Below, one piece after another: positions 57,940 through 64,000 of a stretch of DNA of 64,000 bases. The position numbers and the translations under genes are program-made. The stretch covers positions 64,542 to 128,541 of the IMG/VR virus record IMGVR_UViG_3300036770_003984; one strand, written 5' to 3'. Numbering within the stretch: the first letter of the stretch is position 1; each line of letters opens with the position of its first letter. This DNA comes from a virus. The notes below the pieces were generated by a model that saw only the letters and a list, made by a program, of their open reading frames with translations, ran no database searches and was not told where the DNA came from.

Positions 57940-58442
57940 TGAAAATAATAATTAACGAGAGTCAGTTGAGACAGATTATTGAATCTAAAAAAAATATTAG
58001 GGCATATAAACTAATGGTTGATGAACTTGGATTAAAGAACGCATCAGAACAATTGGGAATACCTGTATATAAATTAATTGAGATGGGTGCTGTTGAAAAA
58101 TCTTTATTTCAAAATACATTAAATGAAACACTTAAAATGTTAAAGGATGCTGCTGAAGAAGAGCCTAGGGATTTTCGTCCTATTTTCTCGGAAAATATTG
58201 ATAATGTTGAAAGTATTGATATTGAAAGTTTTGATAATGAAGAAATTCGTAATAATATAAAACTAATTATTAATGTTGTTGTAACACTTGATGTTGATAT
58301 TCCATTTGGAAAATGGGAAGCTATTGCAGAAATATTTGATGAATTACAATATTATATGAAAAGAAAACTGATGACTTATATTAAATTAAAATTGGCTGAT
58401 AATGGTGTTAAAATATTAAATAATATTGAAAGGGATATATGA
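57939..58442 (+). CDS. leader-tagged hypothetical protein
   Basis: MKIIINESQLRQIIES. Confidence 0.8.
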   Translation: MKIIINESQLRQIIESKKNIRAYKLMVDELGLKNASEQLGIPVYKLIEMGAVEKSLFQNTLNETLKMLKDAAEEEPRDFRPIFSENIDNVESIDIESFDNEEIRNNIKLIINVVVTLDVDIPFGKWEAIAEIFDELQYYMKRKLMTYIKLKLADNGVKILNNIERDI

Positions 58443-59137
58443 AAATAATAATTAATGAGAATCAATTAAGACAGATTATTGAATCTGAGGATAAGACTAG
58501 AAAAAATTTAAAGGCTTATAAAATTGCGATTGATGAATATGGAATTTATGCCGCTTCTAGAATATTGGATAAAACAATTATTGAGTTATATGAACTTGGT
58601 CTTTTTGATATTGAGGAATTAAGAAAATTAGTAAATGAATATGGTTTTTACGATATTGCTGAATCTCAAGGAATGTCAAAACTTAAACTTGCAAAAATGG
58701 TTGATTTGCCAATTAAAAGTCATAGTAATAATGATAATGAAATTTTTGTTCGTCAATTATTAAAAGAATTGGTTGAGATTGATGATGTATATAATGAATG
58801 TGATTTAATTTATAATTCTTTTTCTGGAACTATAAATTGGAGTTGTAGATTTGATGATGGTAATCAAATAATTAATACACTAACTTATGCAACCCCTTAT
58901 TTTAACGAAGATGATACTGGTAGAACACCTATTGAAACTGATGAGTTTGAGGTTATCAAAGATGATGAAAAAGAAGAATATGGTACTATGAGTGGTATTT
59001 ATTTCAATACTATTCATAGTCCAAGTGAGTTTAAGAATGTTGATAAATTAATTCATTGGTTTGAGAATGACTATAAACTTGATGTATATAAAACAATAAA
59101 AACACATCTTAAAGATTTTAAGGAAAGATATACATAA
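58439..59137 (+). CDS. leader-tagged hypothetical protein
   Basis: MKIIINENQLRQIIESEDK. Confidence 0.8.
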   Translation: MKIIINENQLRQIIESEDKTRKNLKAYKIAIDEYGIYAASRILDKTIIELYELGLFDIEELRKLVNEYGFYDIAESQGMSKLKLAKMVDLPIKSHSNNDNEIFVRQLLKELVEIDDVYNECDLIYNSFSGTINWSCRFDDGNQIINTLTYATPYFNEDDTGRTPIETDEFEVIKDDEKEEYGTMSGIYFNTIHSPSEFKNVDKLIHWFENDYKLDVYKTIKTHLKDFKERYT

Positions 59138-59140
59138 TAT

Positions 59141-60010
59141 ATGAAAATAATAATTAATGAGAATCAATTAAAACAGATTATTGAATCTGAGAATAAAATT
59201 AACAAATTTTTTGAGAAATACTTAAAAAGTGAATTTGGTCGTAATGAAAATTTTAAAGAGGGAGATAAAGTTTATATCCCAATGGATAAATATTATGGAA
59301 CAATATTAACAATTAAAGGAAATAGTGTTGAATTAGATACACCAATGGGAATAGAAGTTAAAGACATTTCAGAACTTGAAAAAAAACCAATGCAAAATGT
59401 AATTGAATTTGGGGGATTGGAATTGAAATTTAATTATAATAAAGATACTACTGATATGGAGTGGTCAATTGATAATCCAAATGATGTGTCTTATCTTAGA
59501 AGTGGAATTTCTGGTTTTATTGATGAACTAGTTGATGATTTTGCAAATATAACTTCACGTGAATATTATAAACAAATAAATAGAAAACAATTATTTGTTA
59601 ATATGATAAGAAAAGGAGTATACATAAATGCTGTTGATCGTGAACAATTTTTAAAATTGGCGCAAAAACCAAAAAAATATCATTATGATAATGTTAGAGC
59701 CAGATTAAATGTATTTGATATAGATTTTGAGGATGATGGTGGTCGAGGATTGGGGATAAATATACATATGAAATTGACTGACCCAATTGACCCAAAGACT
59801 GGAGAAAAACTTACATATAATGAAGTTGGAGAAAGATTACGTGGTTTGAATGAAGATGATGATTTTCTTGAATATATTGATGCCTTATTTAATGATTTGG
59901 CTAGTGAGATATATGACAATCGTCCAACAATATTTGACCCAAATAGTATGTATATTAGTATATACCCTTATTTTTATACAGATGAAGGAAAACAAATGAA
60001 ACATTGGTAA
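59141..60010 (+). CDS. leader-tagged hypothetical protein
   Basis: MKIIINENQLKQIIES. Confidence 0.8.
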   Translation: MKIIINENQLKQIIESENKINKFFEKYLKSEFGRNENFKEGDKVYIPMDKYYGTILTIKGNSVELDTPMGIEVKDISELEKKPMQNVIEFGGLELKFNYNKDTTDMEWSIDNPNDVSYLRSGISGFIDELVDDFANITSREYYKQINRKQLFVNMIRKGVYINAVDREQFLKLAQKPKKYHYDNVRARLNVFDIDFEDDGGRGLGINIHMKLTDPIDPKTGEKLTYNEVGERLRGLNEDDDFLEYIDALFNDLASEIYDNRPTIFDPNSMYISIYPYFYTDEGKQMKHW

Positions 60011-60011
60011 T

Positions 60012-60497
60012 ATGAATGTAGTAAAAAGATATGATTTTTATTTAAAATTGGTTGTAATCCTCATTTCGATATTACAACCATTTATTTTATTACTTACTTG
60101 TGGTAAGTTATGGTCAATATCTAGTTATTGGGAAACACCAATGCAACCTTTATTTATCGTTGTTAATGCTGCGACAAGTTATTATTTTTTTAGTACAGAT
60201 AAATGGTTAATACCATCAGTATTTTTATTATTGTTGACAGCATTTTCAATTGAAATGTATCCAATAATTCATAATATTCTTGCTGGGATGTTTTTTATTT
60301 CTTGTAGTTATCCTCTTTTAAGTTTAAAGAGATTTAGATTTTTTGGTATAATATATCTTTTGTCCTTAGTTATATTTTATTTTTTTGGTATGTTATGGTT
60401 TGAGATATATTGTGTATTAATATTGGGAAGTTATCACTTAAGTATTTTATTGTACAAAAATTATTTGGATAACTTGAGGTTATCAAATTTTAAATAA
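60012..60497 (+). CDS. multi-pass membrane protein
   Basis: SISSYW and HNILA motifs, ~5 TM segments. Confidence 0.75.
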   Translation: MNVVKRYDFYLKLVVILISILQPFILLLTCGKLWSISSYWETPMQPLFIVVNAATSYYFFSTDKWLIPSVFLLLLTAFSIEMYPIIHNILAGMFFISCSYPLLSLKRFRFFGIIYLLSLVIFYFFGMLWFEIYCVLILGSYHLSILLYKNYLDNLRLSNFK

Positions 60498-60507
60498 TTT
60501 GGTAATA

Positions 60508-60981
60508 CTATTCCTCCCAATTATCACTAAAAGGACTGCTAATATTAAGGATTGGTCTATCTTCAAATTCTTTTTTATATCTTGTATTTAAATAATCAAT
60601 AAACATTTGTTTGTATTCTTCGTAAGTTAAAGATAACAAATCTTTTGCTATTGATTTAAGTGGTCTAAAAAATCTATTATCACTAATAAAAAAATATCCA
60701 TAATTATTTCTACCACACATAATTTCCCCATTATAATACCATTCAAAACTAATTAAATCAGGTTCTTTTTTTAATGTAAATTTATCAAATACTTCATCAA
60801 ATTCGTTTTTTAGAATTTTAATTCTTTTACTTTCCTTCTTTGAATTATCATTTCCACATTTGTGACATAGATATGGTTCATCACCACCTTCAGAGAATTT
60901 CCAAGACCAACCACATTTACAGGTTATCTTTTTATCAAATTCTTCTCTTAATATTCTTCTTATTGTTTGTTGTAGTTTCAT
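60508..60981 (-). CDS. leader-tagged protein with Zn ribbon; paralog of 61028
   Basis: MKLQQTIRRILREE; CKCG...CHKCG. Confidence 0.75.
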   Translation of the reverse strand: MKLQQTIRRILREEFDKKITCKCGWSWKFSEGGDEPYLCHKCGNDNSKKESKRIKILKNEFDEVFDKFTLKKEPDLISFEWYYNGEIMCGRNNYGYFFISDNRFFRPLKSIAKDLLSLTYEEYKQMFIDYLNTRYKKEFEDRPILNISSPFSDNWEE

Positions 60982-61027
60982 ATTATATTTCTTACTTTTA
61001 AAATCTAATGAAACATTGGTAATGTTG

Positions 61028-61426
61028 TTACCAATCATCATCATCAAAAAATGTAATTGATTTATCTATTTCACGAATGGGTTTTTTATCAAATTCTTCT
61101 TTATATCTTGTATTCAAATAATCAATTAATGTTTTTTCATATTCTTCATTAGTTAATGATAAATTCTTTACTAAGGATTTAATTGGTTTGATAAAACTAA
61201 ATTCTTCAATAAAGAACATACCCCAATGATTCTTCTCAAATGCTTTGTTTCCATCATTATCTAACCATTGATATGCGATAAGTTCTGGTTCATTTGGGTA
61301 AAGTCTTTCAATTGTTAGGTTATTGAATATTTCATCTAATTCATTTTTTAGAATTTTAAGTCTTTTACTTTCATTAAGAGTCCCCATCATTTCTTGGATT
61401 CTATTTAATTGTTCTTGTAGATTCAT
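61028..61426 (-). CDS. leader-tagged hypothetical protein
   Basis: MNLQEQLNRIQEMM. Confidence 0.75.
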   Translation of the reverse strand: MNLQEQLNRIQEMMGTLNESKRLKILKNELDEIFNNLTIERLYPNEPELIAYQWLDNDGNKAFEKNHWGMFFIEEFSFIKPIKSLVKNLSLTNEEYEKTLIDYLNTRYKEEFDKKPIREIDKSITFFDDDDW

Positions 61427-61427
61427 A

Positions 61428-62084
61428 TTAATTCATTCTGCCAAAATAAGTTTTATCTTTCAAAACTGAACCACCACCATCAGTAAAATATTCTATATTA
61501 TTACCAATACCATTTGTATTTGGTTGTGAACTTCTATATTCAATTCCAATTATTTTATCATTTTTCATAATATGTTTTAAAAATATAACACTATGTCCAC
61601 CACCATCTTTTCTCCATATTTGACAAAAATCACCAGGTATTGCATTTTCCAAATTAACCTCTTTTCCTATTCCTAAATCAATTAAGGCTGTTACACAAAG
61701 TTTACCAAACGCACCACCAGCACCATACCAATCATTAAAAAACTTTCTAATACTACTAACACTTTTACCATTTAAAAGTCCTCTGTTAAGAGCTACTATA
61801 AAAGCAACAGAGAGTGTAAAACCACAACAATGTGAACCAATTCCCTTATCCATTAAAACCTTATCATCAAATTTTAATGGTACACAAACACCTGAAGAAC
61901 CACTTCCCCAATGATATCCACCTTTTTCAAATCTATTTGCCACAATTACAACGTCCGTACCATAATCTGAATATGGATTTGATGAATTGTCAATGTTAAA
62001 TACATCTAAAGATTCTTTAGACTTTGATTTTAGGTTTAACTCCATTATTTTTTGGATTCTATTTATTTGTTCTTGTAGTTTCAT
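61428..62084 (-). CDS. leader-tagged papain-like (NlpC/P60/CHAP-type) amidase candidate
   Basis: HCCGF, PGDFCQIW, GHSVIF. Confidence 0.65.
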   Translation of the reverse strand: MKLQEQINRIQKIMELNLKSKSKESLDVFNIDNSSNPYSDYGTDVVIVANRFEKGGYHWGSGSSGVCVPLKFDDKVLMDKGIGSHCCGFTLSVAFIVALNRGLLNGKSVSSIRKFFNDWYGAGGAFGKLCVTALIDLGIGKEVNLENAIPGDFCQIWRKDGGGHSVIFLKHIMKNDKIIGIEYRSSQPNTNGIGNNIEYFTDGGGSVLKDKTYFGRMN

Positions 62085-62788
62085 CTCCATTTTGCTTGAG
62101 GTAATAATTTATTTCCAAACTTTTTGAGTTCAGATTTGACATATTCTTTATCTTCTATTGAATCAAATTGTTTTCTTCTATCGTTTGCCCATTCATCAAT
62201 AACATCATCCATATACATTTTTCTTGTTTTTGCTTGTGAATAGAATCCTTGGATATATGCTGGTAATTCTCTTGGTGATAATACTTCATCAACAAAATTA
62301 TCATAATCAGTTAATTCAACATTTTTATTTGGATTGTTAGTTTGATATAGATGTTCCATTTCGTGTCTTATGGTATCTTTTAATTCCGCTTGGAATTTGT
62401 TGATTAAACTTTTGGTGAATAATTCAGGATTGATTTCAATGTTTAATTCAATTGTATCTGTTCCTAAATCTTCATCCCAATCTTGGACAGCATCAATATC
62501 ATATGGTTCATCTGAGTCATTTTTTTCGGCTGTTAATATAATTTCAAAAGTTTCTGTTTCTTCATCCTCGTAATCATATTCTTCTTCATCAGAGTCAATT
62601 TCAATGAATGATTCTTGATAATATTCTTGTGACCATTCTAATGAATCTGATTCAGTATCTCTTAAAAAAGATATTATTTCTTTCATAACATCTCTTGTTA
62701 TTTGTCTAACTGGTTCACTATATCTTCCTTCATTTAAAATATTAAATTCTTCATTTAATATTCTTTTAATTGTTTGTTTTAATTTCAT
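62081..62788 (-). CDS. leader-tagged acidic protein with HExxH motif
   Basis: MKLKQTIKRILNEE; TIRHEMEHLYQ...ELPAY. Confidence 0.75.
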   Translation of the reverse strand: MKLKQTIKRILNEEFNILNEGRYSEPVRQITRDVMKEIISFLRDTESDSLEWSQEYYQESFIEIDSDEEEYDYEDEETETFEIILTAEKNDSDEPYDIDAVQDWDEDLGTDTIELNIEINPELFTKSLINKFQAELKDTIRHEMEHLYQTNNPNKNVELTDYDNFVDEVLSPRELPAYIQGFYSQAKTRKMYMDDVIDEWANDRRKQFDSIEDKEYVKSELKKFGNKLLPQAKWR

Positions 62789-62926
62789 TTTGTATATATT
62801 ATCAATATAAATATTAAAAGATAAATAAAAAAGGTGATAAGATTTACCTATCACCTTTTAATAAGAACTTTTTTGATTATATGTGTTTACTCGTGCTATA
62901 TTGACTGGGAAGTCCGTTTTTAATTT

Positions 62927-63316
62927 TTATATGTTTTTAGATATAATCTTATTATATTCTTCATCACATAAAGTTCTATACCATCCAATATCAGTTCTGA
63001 GTTTACCAGGTTTTCCTGTTACTTCACAAATGTTCATACTTTCAATTTCTGCTTGAGATATTCTTTTATGGGCTTCACTTGTTGCCGCATTGATGTAGAA
63101 TCTCAATCCTCCGAACTTTTCTTTGACTTGACATACTTCTTTATTCCAACCAAGTTCAATAAGGTCGGTGATAAGGTCTTTGATAAGAGGAAACCAACCT
63201 AACCCAACTTCAAAGAAATCTGAATCTGTGATTGGATTTGATTCCAAATTAAAACCATTTTTAAAACCCCCAATTGATTGGAGGAATTCATCCATTTGTT
63301 CTTTGTTCATAATCAA
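62927..63316 (-). CDS. phage-type hypothetical protein (QVKEKFGGLRFY)
   Basis: Motif recalled from many phages; CEVTG...RTLC. Confidence 0.8.
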   Translation of the reverse strand: MIMNKEQMDEFLQSIGGFKNGFNLESNPITDSDFFEVGLGWFPLIKDLITDLIELGWNKEVCQVKEKFGGLRFYINAATSEAHKRISQAEIESMNICEVTGKPGKLRTDIGWYRTLCDEEYNKIISKNI

Positions 63317-63572
63317 TTATATTTTTTATAAGGTTTAACATTGTTTCATTTTCCATATAACCATCAAATTGTTCTCCGTGATTATCTATGGATAGAATAT
63401 TATCGCCATTAACTGCGTCAAATACTTCGGTTGTTGGTTCTTTACTAACATAGACATTGAAATTACCCCATCTATATCTGATATAGAACATTCTTCCATC
63501 CTCAAAAGTTCCTTGCCATTGAGATGGAGATACCTCACAGGTTTTAATTAATTCTTTGATTTTGGGTTTCAT
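63288..63572 (-). CDS. hypothetical protein
   Basis: TCEVSPSQWQG...FYIRYRWG. Confidence 0.7.
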   Translation of the reverse strand: MKPKIKELIKTCEVSPSQWQGTFEDGRMFYIRYRWGNFNVYVSKEPTTEVFDAVNGDNILSIDNHGEQFDGYMENETMLNLIKNIIDYEQRTNG

Positions 63573-64000
63573 ATCTTTAATGTTGATTAAGATATATTAT
63601 TGATTTTGTTGGGGTTAGGGTGAGTGGTGTATATATACTAGTTATGAACAATAAACCCAACACACAATCCCAACAAATACAATTATACCAAACGATATTA
63701 ACATCCAATTTGGTATTTTATGATAACCATATTCAAAACTAACTCGTTCCTCTTTAGGAACATTTGGTATAATTCTTTTTTTACTGTTCATAACAAAGTG
63801 TATAAGTAATGTGGCTAAATAAGTTTATCTGTAAAGTTGAAAGTATGTGCAAAACTACACTACTCATACACTCAACCATTATATTCAATATCAAAAATTT
63901 TATGAGTTTATTATTTTTTGACCTCCCCAATCTGTTCCATCATAAGAAATGGTTTCCATTTTATACATATCAACAAAAACACCCCAACCCCATTCAGTTT

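Noticed and set aside
54873-60010. Diversity-generating retroelement or integron
   Set aside because: No reverse transcriptase, no adenine-specific TR/VR pair, no integrase or attC sites in the window.
1-64000. Alternative genetic code (TAG or TGA recoding) as in some jumbo phages
   Set aside because: Conserved genes are full length in code 11, TAG and TGA end real genes, and no suppressor tRNA was found.

Overview
Very AT-rich, gene-dense segment of a jumbo/huge tailed-phage genome. The host is probably Bacteroidota, judging from TTTG-N20-TAnnTTTG promoters, a T9SS-sorted protein and lipoprotein signals. Positions 1-18 kb are a minus-strand RNA island. It holds 24 tRNA genes covering all 20 amino acids, but isoleucine only through two tRNAs that lack a D-arm. 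The tRNAs are mixed with small ORFs, HNH genes, orphan tRNA halves and several unexplained structured RNAs. The standout is a family of nine tRNA-like genes (eight distinct). They share one tRNA-Leu-like frame (acceptor AGTCYTR/YARGACT, A73, D-arm TGGCGGAAT(T)GGWAGACGC, A15:U48, T-arm ACAGGTTCGAATCCTGT), but the anticodon and variable arms are replaced by unrelated structured inserts of about 27-100 nt. The island ends at a Ro60/TROVE-related DUF2828-vWA gene followed by three Y-RNA-like stems, one of which contains a circularly permuted tRNA-like module. Positions 20-41 kb carry IMPDH/GMPR, DnaK, a class II aaRS-like catalytic core with no anticodon-binding domain, a holin and GH19 endolysin, GH73, FKBP, a metallophosphoesterase and an SGNH-PG-binding-SLT fusion. 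More than 25 otherwise unrelated proteins share short N-terminal leaders ending in [ILV]xE, including a head-to-tail array of eight genes at 54.9-60.0 kb. A mostly non-coding strand-switch region at 52.6-54.9 kb holds a cluster of TGACA-N3-TGTCA palindromes. All calls are by eye; no searches were run.
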